Notes under the pieces: generated by a model | Databases searched by the model: none | Seen by the model: only the letters and a program-made list of their open reading frames with translations | Told to the model about the DNA's origin: nothing | From: an uncultured virus (IMG/VR IMGVR_UViG_3300023174_000161) | Lineage: Duplodnaviria; Heunggongvirae; Uroviricota; Caudoviricetes | IMG/VR virus record: IMGVR_UViG_3300023174_000161 | DNA: 64,000 nucleotides | Direction: 5' to 3' (one strand) | Program-made: the position numbers and the translations under genes | In this document: piece after piece, positions 56,101 to 64,000 of the stretch | Numbering within the stretch: the stretch's first letter is position 1 | Layout of the letters: every line of letters starts with the position of its first letter

Positions 56101-56399
56101 AAATTGAAGATGTTGTGGGTGCGGAAGAGCTCAAAAAAGAATCCTTTTCAACGCAAAGGAATTTGCATAGAATACATCAGTTTTACCACCGGGTGGTGGA
56201 TCTGGCGGAACAAAACCATAAAACGGCTGCTATCCTTGTGGAGGAGAACGGCCGGTTAGAAATAGAGAACGAGGGGCTGAAAGAGTTTTGCCAGGAACTC
56301 TTAAGCTTCATGGCAGACCTTGAGCGGGAATGTTCGGATTGCCGCAACAAGGCCAGGTCAAACGTCCTCAACCAACCACAAAACAAAGAAGGAAAATAA
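56097..56399 (+). CDS. coiled-coil hypothetical protein
   Basis: AGGAGGT RBS before ATG 56097. Confidence 0.6.
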   Translation: MKIEDVVGAEELKKESFSTQRNLHRIHQFYHRVVDLAEQNHKTAAILVEENGRLEIENEGLKEFCQELLSFMADLERECSDCRNKARSNVLNQPQNKEGK

Positions 56400-56400
56400 T

Positions 56401-56736
56401 ATGATTGAACTATCGATCCAGATTAAGAATGAAGAAGGGACAGATAAAATTAGCGTTGAAATGCTTCCCTTCGATAATGAGGCAAACGCAGTTGAGAAAG
56501 ATGTATTGAGTGGATTGTTTCCCCTTATTACGGAGCTTCTCAATGGGGTTCTTGGTGGTGAAGGTTTTCGTAAAACTGAAAAGATGGCTGAAGTTCCAGA
56601 GGGCGAGTCTCGCATTCTCGATAAGAACGGCGCTCCAACATCTATTCCTATGAACGAAGAGTACCTTATCAAGAAGGGTCTTATTGAGCCGCCGGAAGGT
56701 GCTGAAATAAGAGACAGAGAGTCTTTAATAGACTAA
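56401..56736 (+). CDS. acidic hypothetical protein
   Basis: AAGGA RBS before ATG 56401. Confidence 0.6.
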   Translation: MIELSIQIKNEEGTDKISVEMLPFDNEANAVEKDVLSGLFPLITELLNGVLGGEGFRKTEKMAEVPEGESRILDKNGAPTSIPMNEEYLIKKGLIEPPEGAEIRDRESLID

Positions 56737-56737
56737 C

Positions 56738-57019
56738 TTGAAACGAGCCAGTCAGGGGCTGGCCGAACAATTCAACATAATACCGTACCCATTCGTAGGT
56801 ACGGCTTATGAGGAGATTGTGGCCGAATTTGTATTGCTCAGGGAGTCTGGGGTTCGTGTAAAAGAACTTGCTCAGATGCTCTTGGATGCGATAGAAATTC
56901 TATTGCATGGACTGGCGAAACCAAAAATAACAAAACAAAGAGAACAAAAACTTACCCGAGATCTGTCGGATCTGCTTGGGAGACTGAGCATACTCGAAGA
57001 CCTCTACTTTGAAAAATGA
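56738..57019 (+). CDS. hypothetical protein
   Basis: fills gap, ATGA-coupled to polymerase. Confidence 0.5.
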   Translation: MKRASQGLAEQFNIIPYPFVGTAYEEIVAEFVLLRESGVRVKELAQMLLDAIEILLHGLAKPKITKQREQKLTRDLSDLLGRLSILEDLYFEK

Positions 57020-58809
57020 AAAATACATACGCAATAGATTTTGAAACTTACTACGACAAAGAAATATCAATTACAACGATGGGTCAATGGCATTACCTGC
57101 GTAATCCCTCATCGGATATTTACATGGTTGCGATTCATGGACCTGATGTGGATTACGTTGGATCTCCCAAGAAAGCCCCGTGGGAAAAGATTGATGGCGG
57201 AAATTGGTTGGCTCATAACTATTCATTCGACGGAGCAGTCATTGAAAGATTGCGTGAGCTTGGGGTAATCAAAGCAAATCCATCCAGTTGGTTTTGTACT
57301 GCAAATCTTTCGGTTGCTGTGGGAGCTCCTAGAAATTTGCTTGGGGCATCGCGGGAACTTCTTGACCGCAAGATAGACAAAGACCCGCGGGATAAAATGC
57401 ACAGCAAAAAATGGAGTGATGTCGAGGGAACTGAATTTGCCAATGAGGTTCTTCAGTATGCAAAGAATGACGCTCAGGCTTGTTATCAAATCTACGATAA
57501 ATTCCATAATCAGATGCTCCCAACCGAGCAGGAATTATCAAGGCACACGATTGAGATGGGCTGGAGAGGCGTTCAAATTGACCAAAATGCAGTAGAAACA
57601 GGGGTTAAAAAGCTGGAAAGGGTGACCTGGGAAAGTGAGAATTCCCTGCCTTGGATTGAGGAAACCAACGGTGTTGTGCTATCTACAAAGGCTTTTAGGC
57701 GTGAATGCGCCAAGGCTGGAATCCCATGGCCAACATCTCTGGCTGAAAATTCAGAAGAGTGCGCGCTGTGGGAGGAGCAATATGGGGGTAAAGTCCCCTT
57801 TGTTGGTATTATGCGGGATTGGCGTAAGGCCAATTCTTTGCTGGCAAAGCTCAAGGTAATGCGAAACCGTATACGGCCAGACGGAACGATGGCCTATGGA
57901 CTTAAATACATGGGGGCGCACACAGGACGTTGGTCTGGGGATAGCAAATGGAATTGTCAAAACCTCCCTCGTAATGAAATGTTTGGCGTGGATTTACGGG
58001 GTTGCATTGTACCCCGTCCTGGAAAGAAGTTTGTCATTTGTGACTTGGCACAAATTGAGCCCAGAGTATTGGCTTGGTTGTCTGGAAACGAAGGACTCTT
58101 AGAGGCGATCAGGAATGGGTATGGCATCTATGAAGCGGCTGCAAAGAACATGAGCTTGTGGAATGGTGATAAGGGAACATTAAAGAAAACCGACCCAGAC
58201 CTTTACCAGTTGGTGAAGTGTATGGTTTTGGGATTGGGTTATGGCGCGGGGTCAAAGAAATTCGCTTTGATTGCCAAGATGCAATACGGAATTGACATGA
58301 CGGAAGCAAAGGCTGGAATTGTTGTGAATGACTTCCGCTCGCGTAATCAACCTATTATTGATCTGTGGAGAAAGCTTGAGGGTGATTTTCAACGGGCTAA
58401 AGCGGATAAACAATTTGAAGTGGGTCTACCGGGAGGACGCGTTCTGACCTATCGCAACATTATGTCGCAGTGGCCTGAGTCACAAAAGGTTGGGAAGAAC
58501 GGCATAGCCAGAAAGCCAGCGTGGACAGCATGTGTAGAGCGGGGAGGCCCGCAGATTCCTTTTTACGGAGGAAAACTTTGTGAGAATCTTGTACAGGCTG
58601 TAGCGCGTGACGTTATGGGTGAGGCTATCCTACGACTGGAAAAAGCAGGATGTTCGGTAGTCATGCATATTCATGACGAGGCTGTATGCGAGGTTGACAA
58701 TTCAGTTCCAGCGGGTGAGATTGAAAGGCTAATGAGTACGTGTCCTGACTGGCTAGAAGGGTGTCCAATCGGGGCCGAAGCGGCTAATGCAATGAGGTAT
58801 AAAAAATGA
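57016..58809 (+). CDS. polA: family A DNA polymerase with 3'-5' exonuclease
   Basis: IDFET, AHNYSFD, YAKND; TGRWS, QNLPR, motif A DLAQIE, motif B KCMVLGLGYG, motif C HDE. Confidence 0.92.
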   Translation: MKNTYAIDFETYYDKEISITTMGQWHYLRNPSSDIYMVAIHGPDVDYVGSPKKAPWEKIDGGNWLAHNYSFDGAVIERLRELGVIKANPSSWFCTANLSVAVGAPRNLLGASRELLDRKIDKDPRDKMHSKKWSDVEGTEFANEVLQYAKNDAQACYQIYDKFHNQMLPTEQELSRHTIEMGWRGVQIDQNAVETGVKKLERVTWESENSLPWIEETNGVVLSTKAFRRECAKAGIPWPTSLAENSEECALWEEQYGGKVPFVGIMRDWRKANSLLAKLKVMRNRIRPDGTMAYGLKYMGAHTGRWSGDSKWNCQNLPRNEMFGVDLRGCIVPRPGKKFVICDLAQIEPRVLAWLSGNEGLLEAIRNGYGIYEAAAKNMSLWNGDKGTLKKTDPDLYQLVKCMVLGLGYGAGSKKFALIAKMQYGIDMTEAKAGIVVNDFRSRNQPIIDLWRKLEGDFQRAKADKQFEVGLPGGRVLTYRNIMSQWPESQKVGKNGIARKPAWTACVERGGPQIPFYGGKLCENLVQAVARDVMGEAILRLEKAGCSVVMHIHDEAVCEVDNSVPAGEIERLMSTCPDWLEGCPIGAEAANAMRYKK

Positions 58810-60941
58810 ACCTCTATCGCATACCTAATTTGTCGTCCTCCATTGCCAGTGCTTGTACTCCTTGGGATGGCAAATTAAATCAACCCCCAAGCCTAGATCC
58901 TGATGTAGCCAAACGGTGGGCTATTCAGAGCTCCACCGATGGAATGTTTGTCAGTGGATTTGAAGGTCGTGCCGCGGCAATGCGGGTTACCAAAGATAAT
59001 CCTCCAGCCAAGATGCATGCCTTTATTGCAGATTATGATTGCGAGCTTACATCCGAAGAGTTTATTTCCGGTATTGGTGCTAAAGCCAAAGCCGGTCTTA
59101 AGCCAATGTATGCTCATCGCACTCCAAGTGGAGGTGCGAGGGTCATCTGGATGTTCGAGTCTCCCATGCAGATTCCAGTGGGCTTGTTGCCAGCATTCTT
59201 AAAACGGGTAGCAAAAGAGTTGGGAGCAAAGCGTATTTTTGCTGGACTTGACGATAACCACGTAAAGCCCGAACAGTATTACGCTTGGTATCTGCCAATC
59301 ACCAAAGTTGGGGATGTCCCTTTAAGGACAGAAACTTTGTATAGCTGGTTTGCCTCGACAATCGACGCCGACCATAAGTACCGCGGAGAAGGTCCCGTGG
59401 AGATACCAATGGATCGCGTACGTAATCGCGTACATGAAATTTATCCAGATAAACTGATGGGGAGTCTTGAAGTCAACGGAAGAACCAATGCGTTCTGGAC
59501 TGCGACTTCGGACAACCCGACGGCTTGCGTGGTTACTCCTACTGGTATCGTCAGCTTCTCGCAGGACAAGAGTTTCTACAGTTGGGCTGAAATCCTCGGC
59601 GCGGGCTGGGTGAAGGAGTTTGAGGAGGATCGCCTTGGCGCTCCGCTGGCAAACTATTACTTCGACGGCAAGCGTTACTGGCGTCAGGACGGCAGAGGTA
59701 TCTGGCGTGATACAGATTCCGAGACTACCCGCAAGGATATTGCGGGAATCTATGGATTGTCTCTTGCCCCAATGCAAAGAGGTGGGATGTGCGAAGTCGA
59801 CCAGACTGTCTTGCGTGTGCGCGAGACCCGTCGGGTAGACGATGCCGGACCGATCCTGTTTAGCAAGGAGGAAGTCGTTTACATGGGTGGACGTACCGTT
59901 TTGAACATTTCGCGGGTTAAGGTTCTGGAACCGCGCAACGAACCGTGCGAGAAGTGGGGAGACGGATTCCCATGGATTGCCAAGTTCTTGGACGGGTTCT
60001 TTGATCCGCATGATTCACTTCAGTATTTCCTAGCGTGGCTTCACCACTTCTACGTGTCGGCCAAGTCGGGCAAACAGTCTCAGGGTCAGGCAATCTTTAT
60101 TGCCGGGCCTGTGGGCGTCGGCAAGACGCTCATGGGAACCCAGATTGTTTCACGGCTCATGGGTGGAGGTTGCGATGCGTCAGGACATATCTCGGGGGAG
60201 AGTGAATTCAACTCCGAAATGTTTGAGGTCGGCGTACTCAATGTCGACGACACCATTGCATCAACCAGTCACGAGAAGCACCTGCTCTTTTCCAATACGG
60301 TGAAGAAGTTTGTTGCCAACCGTCGTCATCGGTACCGGGCCATGTGGAAGAACCCCGCCACGATTGAGTGGAGTGGGCGGGTATTCGTGACTCTCAATGA
60401 TGACCCAGACTCAATGCGGGCTGTTCCTTACACCGATGCAAGCATTTTGGACAAGCTTATGCTTTTCAAGGCTTCATCAAAGGGCATGGACTTCCCGCAC
60501 TCACAGGAACTGCAACGTATCCTTGACGGGGAACTACCCGCGTTTGCCAGGTGGCTGACTGACTTTGAGATACCGGAGGAACTTAAATGCTCCAACCGGT
60601 TTCAGGTAAAGTGCTACCATCATGCTGACATCCTTGAAGACACCCGGACGACGCACCCTAACCATGCGTTCTCCGAATTGCTTGATGAATTCCTGATTGG
60701 ATTTACCAGGTCCAACCCGAAGGAAATTGTTTGGAAGGGATCGGCCACACAGTTGCTCAATCAAATGCTCAACGACACCAGTCTAACCAACCTAACTCGC
60801 CACTACGCGTCCACTCCGGAGAAGATGGGGCAAAGGTTGGCAAAGCTGATGACCACAAAGGGCATTGAGCGGGTAACCGTTCAGGGCAAAGTGTTGTGGA
60901 AAATTCCCGTTGACTCAAATGCGGAGGTTGAAGTAAAATGA
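58806..60941 (+). CDS. primase-helicase (AEP-like N-terminus, DUF5906/SF3-type NTPase C-terminus)
   Basis: FIADYD, RTPSGG; IAGPVGVGKT, NVDD, VTLN. Confidence 0.75.
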   Translation: MNLYRIPNLSSSIASACTPWDGKLNQPPSLDPDVAKRWAIQSSTDGMFVSGFEGRAAAMRVTKDNPPAKMHAFIADYDCELTSEEFISGIGAKAKAGLKPMYAHRTPSGGARVIWMFESPMQIPVGLLPAFLKRVAKELGAKRIFAGLDDNHVKPEQYYAWYLPITKVGDVPLRTETLYSWFASTIDADHKYRGEGPVEIPMDRVRNRVHEIYPDKLMGSLEVNGRTNAFWTATSDNPTACVVTPTGIVSFSQDKSFYSWAEILGAGWVKEFEEDRLGAPLANYYFDGKRYWRQDGRGIWRDTDSETTRKDIAGIYGLSLAPMQRGGMCEVDQTVLRVRETRRVDDAGPILFSKEEVVYMGGRTVLNISRVKVLEPRNEPCEKWGDGFPWIAKFLDGFFDPHDSLQYFLAWLHHFYVSAKSGKQSQGQAIFIAGPVGVGKTLMGTQIVSRLMGGGCDASGHISGESEFNSEMFEVGVLNVDDTIASTSHEKHLLFSNTVKKFVANRRHRYRAMWKNPATIEWSGRVFVTLNDDPDSMRAVPYTDASILDKLMLFKASSKGMDFPHSQELQRILDGELPAFARWLTDFEIPEELKCSNRFQVKCYHHADILEDTRTTHPNHAFSELLDEFLIGFTRSNPKEIVWKGSATQLLNQMLNDTSLTNLTRHYASTPEKMGQRLAKLMTTKGIERVTVQGKVLWKIPVDSNAEVEVK

Positions 60942-60956
60942 CGCCACGCAGAAAGT

Positions 60957-61364
60957 ATGAACACACGCACTATAGTCATGGCTTTATCCATGCTTCTATC
61001 GTTCCCAGTTGTGGCCTCCAATGTAATGGTCCAACCGGAACCCAAACCGGCCAAGAAAATCAAGGTACGGATTACGGCGTATTGGTGCGGTCAGGACCCT
61101 GACACATCCAGGTTTAAGTCTTCTACCGGCTACACTCTCAAGTCGGGACGCACATGTGCGGTTGACCCGCGGATCATTCCGTATGGCAGTACTGTGGTGG
61201 TCAATGGGAAAGAGTTTAAGGCCATTGATACCGGCACCGACGTGATTCGTAAAAAGGCTTCGAACGGAAAACTTCCAGTGGTGGATTTGTTTTACAAGAC
61301 GGAAAAGCAAGCCATGATTGCGTTGGACAATATGCCAATGCATCCATGGGTGGAGATTCGATAA
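60957..61364 (+). CDS. secreted 3D-domain protein (MltA-like)
   Basis: signal peptide; ITAY, AVDPRIIPYGS, AIDTG, VDLF. Confidence 0.85.
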   Translation: MNTRTIVMALSMLLSFPVVASNVMVQPEPKPAKKIKVRITAYWCGQDPDTSRFKSSTGYTLKSGRTCAVDPRIIPYGSTVVVNGKEFKAIDTGTDVIRKKASNGKLPVVDLFYKTEKQAMIALDNMPMHPWVEIR

Positions 61365-62038
61365 TGGGCAAAGTTCTATTCCCGGGGTACTTTCCTTTTT
61401 GCCTTACGCCTGGTGTTCCTTCTCAAGTTGGTCGGGGGACAGACTATCCTATTTCTTTGCCTTTAAGCAAGTACATGAAATGGTGGTGGAGGGTGCGGAC
61501 GTGGGAGGCGACAGGAAGCTCGGTTGGAAATGAATTAGCTCCGTCTGAAAATCGATCAAATATATGGACGACAGCTTCATTGGTGCAGGATACAAAATGG
61601 ACATTAAATATTACACAAGAAGAAGAATTGGTATGTTTAGATCAACTTAGGTACATCCAGGGTGCGTTTAACACAACCGGAAACGCAGGAACATCCACAA
61701 ACGATACAAGCATAACTTTTTACCCAGAGGGGTATATTTCGGGGACAACCGTATTTCCAAAAATTACTATGGGGTCTTATCCGGGTGGTGGTTATATTGA
61801 GGGAGGAGAATGGTACAACACGCGTTCTCCTGGAGACCCTAAAGTACAAGCAGCACTTGATCCTGTTTCAACCATGACAATAGACGGAATTAACATACCT
61901 ATTTATGTGCGGTGGTTTCCAAATTGGGCTCCATATTCAGATTGGCAATGGACGGGAAGCCAAAGTTATGTTTTGACTCCAAAAACGTATTGGTCTTACG
62001 GAGGCACATACAACACACAAACAGGACAACCTTTATAA
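61364..62038 (+). CDS. hypothetical aromatic-rich protein
   Basis: TAATG coupling; YFPFC, WWWRVRTW, EEELVC, YWSYGGTYN. Confidence 0.6.
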   Translation: MGKVLFPGYFPFCLTPGVPSQVGRGTDYPISLPLSKYMKWWWRVRTWEATGSSVGNELAPSENRSNIWTTASLVQDTKWTLNITQEEELVCLDQLRYIQGAFNTTGNAGTSTNDTSITFYPEGYISGTTVFPKITMGSYPGGGYIEGGEWYNTRSPGDPKVQAALDPVSTMTIDGINIPIYVRWFPNWAPYSDWQWTGSQSYVLTPKTYWSYGGTYNTQTGQPL

Positions 62039-62058
62039 GTTGTCTGAAAGGAACACAC

Positions 62059-62277
62059 ATGAAAACACGCAATCAAAAAAATAAACCATTGGGACTCATT
62101 AAAATTCTGGCAGAACGTGAGGTCCCATACGTCGAGATGGATCTGGACGTGGACAACGACACGTTTAACAAAATTGCCAAGGCGGGGCTGATTGAAATCA
62201 AGCGCGACAAGCATGCGCTTTTCAATTACGCCATTACCAAGGCAATAAAGGAATTCTGTGGAAACCAGTCTAGTTAA
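62059..62277 (+). CDS. hypothetical protein
   Basis: GAAAGGA RBS before ATG 62059. Confidence 0.65.
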   Translation: MKTRNQKNKPLGLIKILAEREVPYVEMDLDVDNDTFNKIAKAGLIEIKRDKHALFNYAITKAIKEFCGNQSS

Positions 62278-62319
62278 ATGCGTGGTCTCAACCATAGCCG
62301 CCTTTCTTGGGCTGGCCAT

Positions 62320-63246
62320 ATGCGTGTTTCTTACCATCGTTTGTTTTCATGCTTGCGCTTGGCTGCGGCGCTGGTTCTAATCCCGCTTTCGGCCAAAGGA
62401 ACAGACTTTGGCCCGACATGCTCTTTGAGCATGAAGTCAGTCGTACGGATCTTCCAAAACGAAAATAAGACAGTTTCGTTTGCTTCTGGCGTTATCGTCA
62501 ACAAAGACGGAACGATCCTTACCTGCAATCATGTGGTGGATGGTCTGGGCAAAATTGACGTCATGTTTGGGGAGGGAATTACCAACTCAGTTTACTCGGC
62601 CAAAGTAATCAAGAGAGATCAAAAACTGGATTTGGCGCTTATACAGATTATTGGGTACGCAGGGGATCTTCGTCCAATGGAAATGTCCAAGCTACCAACT
62701 CCTTTGCCCGGGACTCCCGTCGCGGCAATTGGGGCTCCGTTAAAGGTATTCCGCACTGTAACCGCAGGGGTGGTTAGTTACTGTGGTCAGGACGAAGGGC
62801 AAGAAGTCCTGGTCTTTGATGCCAAAGTGATGCCAGGATGCTCAGGAGGGCCCGTAATCGACGAACAGGGCGATCTTATGGGTTTAATCACCGGAACCAT
62901 AGGAAGGGGGGAATACACCCTTTCCAGGGCCGTTTACATAAGTGAGATTGAGCGTTTTATTAATACCTCCCAACGGGGGTATCTTGGGATATCCACCACA
63001 CTGGTAAACTCTGGCATTGCCGGGCCAAATTGTTCGCAAGGTTTGCGGGTAGACCAAGCACCGAGTGACGGAGAGCTTAAACATGGGGACGTGATTATGA
63101 CCTTCAACGATTACCAAGCCGCTAGTCATAATGACCTAGTTAGGATGGTTCGTAGATGCACTCCAGGAGACCGAGTTGAGGTAGGGATTTTACGTAATGG
63201 TGAGTTTAAATTAGTACACATGATTATCAAGGAGTTGCGAAAATGA
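62320..63246 (+). CDS. HtrA/DegP-like trypsin serine protease with PDZ domain
   Basis: signal peptide; LTCNHVV, DLALI, PGCSGGP triad; RGYLGI..GDVI PDZ. Confidence 0.88.
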   Translation: MRVSYHRLFSCLRLAAALVLIPLSAKGTDFGPTCSLSMKSVVRIFQNENKTVSFASGVIVNKDGTILTCNHVVDGLGKIDVMFGEGITNSVYSAKVIKRDQKLDLALIQIIGYAGDLRPMEMSKLPTPLPGTPVAAIGAPLKVFRTVTAGVVSYCGQDEGQEVLVFDAKVMPGCSGGPVIDEQGDLMGLITGTIGRGEYTLSRAVYISEIERFINTSQRGYLGISTTLVNSGIAGPNCSQGLRVDQAPSDGELKHGDVIMTFNDYQAASHNDLVRMVRRCTPGDRVEVGILRNGEFKLVHMIIKELRK

Positions 63247-63497
63247 ATGTCTTCTTTGGCATCTTGTTCTCCACCATAGGTTTAAGCGTTTGTGTTATTT
63301 GGTTTTCTAATTGGTTTGTGCAAACCTTTAACATCGATGCATTTGTCAATAAATTTTGGTACCATGAACCAGCAAGAGGTATACGTTATGTCTCAAAAGG
63401 GACATATAAAATGATCAAGGTAAGGACTGACTTTATAGTCAAGTTACATACCCCCACCCTTAGTAATTGGTCTAAGGGATTAAGATTCAAAGGGTAA
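63243..63497 (+). CDS. possible small membrane protein
   Basis: AAGGAG RBS, ATGA coupling, N-terminal TM. Confidence 0.45.
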   Translation: MNVFFGILFSTIGLSVCVIWFSNWFVQTFNIDAFVNKFWYHEPARGIRYVSKGTYKMIKVRTDFIVKLHTPTLSNWSKGLRFKG

Positions 63498-63757
63498 AGA
63501 TTCGAAGGGTGTAGGGTGGGGGGTGGAGGGGTGGTTTTGAACTCGTTGTTCCTACAGCTTTGCGTGTGTGCCGCGTGTGCCAAAACTTCCGGAACGAGTT
63601 GGGGTACCCCCACCCACCCCCACCACTCCCACCCTCTCTTTCTTTATATTTATATAATTAAATAGTAAACATACACTTATACAAGGACCTGAGCTTAAAA
63701 ATTTGGGTGGGGGTACCACTTTTTGACCCCCCACCCTAGGCGACACCCCCACCCTAA
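63450..63757. repeat. cluster of CCCCCACC(C)/GGGTGGGGG repeats around an AT-rich core (origin-like)
   Basis: about 7 copies in both orientations; 13-bp perfect inverted repeat 63603-63615/63705-63717. Confidence 0.7.
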
Positions 63758-63761
63758 ATCG

Positions 63762-63796
63762 TAGCCCTTTGGGGATAAGGTAGCCCAAAAGGGCTA
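63762..63796 (-). other. hairpin immediately 3' of the tRNA
   Basis: TAGCCCTTTGGGG...CCCAAAAGGGCTA. Confidence 0.55.
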
Positions 63797-63879
63797 TGGG
63801 AGGAGCTGGATTCGAACCAGCGAAGGCTAAAGCCAGCAGATTTACAGTCTGCCCCGTTTGCCCACTTCGGTATCCTCCC
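63797..63879 (-). tRNA. tRNA-Tyr (GTA), CCA not encoded
   Basis: GGGAGGA/TCCTCCC acceptor, GCAGA-CTGTAAA-TCTGC anticodon arm, long variable arm, GCTGG-TTCGAAT-CCAGC T arm. Confidence 0.95.
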
Positions 63880-63973
63880 AACCTAATTAGTGACTGGCCT
63901 GACGCACTTCTCTCTTCAGCCAATCCAAAGGGCAAGGAAAGTGCTAAAACGCCCACCTAATAAGGTAACCGCG

Positions 63974-64000
63974 ACTATGATATGCCAAGATGTAAAGTCA
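63974..64000 (-). promoter_or_regulatory. promoter for the tRNA (truncated by window edge)
   Basis: (T)TGACT-N16-CATAGT. Confidence 0.5.

Noticed and set aside
59322..60011. 229-aa minus-strand ORF
   Set aside because: Antisense to the primase-helicase; no motifs.
63797..63879. Suppressor tRNA, stop-codon recoding or att site
   Set aside because: The anticodon is ordinary GTA, genes are intact in the standard code, and no integrase is in the window.
63552..63956. 134-aa minus-strand ORF
   Set aside because: Runs through the tRNA and the repeat element; spurious.

Overview
The window is about 64 kb of a tailed dsDNA bacteriophage genome, podovirus-like, with no integrase in view. A Verrucomicrobia/PVC-type aquatic host is inferred from its NHL, He_PIG and delta-60 surface domains. 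There are three blocks. (1) 1-9.8 kb, + strand, early/accessory genes: many small ORFs, rIIA/rIIB, a GP88-like protein, a candidate histone-fold protein and an Ogg-type HhH glycosylase. (2) 9.8-51.7 kb, - strand, virion and lysis genes: terminase, portal, scaffold, major capsid, tail adaptor and nozzle, fibres, CHAP endolysin, holin, u-spanin-like lipoprotein, ejection proteins, a GH73 glucosaminidase and a 3746-aa polyvalent protein. (3) 51.7-63.5 kb, + strand, replication genes: resolvase, SF2 helicase, a split Cas4-like nuclease, an SSB-like protein, PolA, primase-helicase, a 3D-domain protein and an HtrA-like protease. These are followed by a repeat-flanked AT-rich origin-like element and tRNA-Tyr(GTA). 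The most notable observation is an apparent sigma70-like (region 2 to 4) module inside the giant virion protein, next to a Strawberry-notch-type helicase and a HExxH peptidase. Also notable are a recurring promoter motif with a 16-bp spacer, the putative phage histone, a Cas4-like nuclease whose Fe-S ligands lie on two ORFs, domain insertions in tail proteins and a structured capsid mRNA leader. All calls come from motif recognition by eye; no searches were run.
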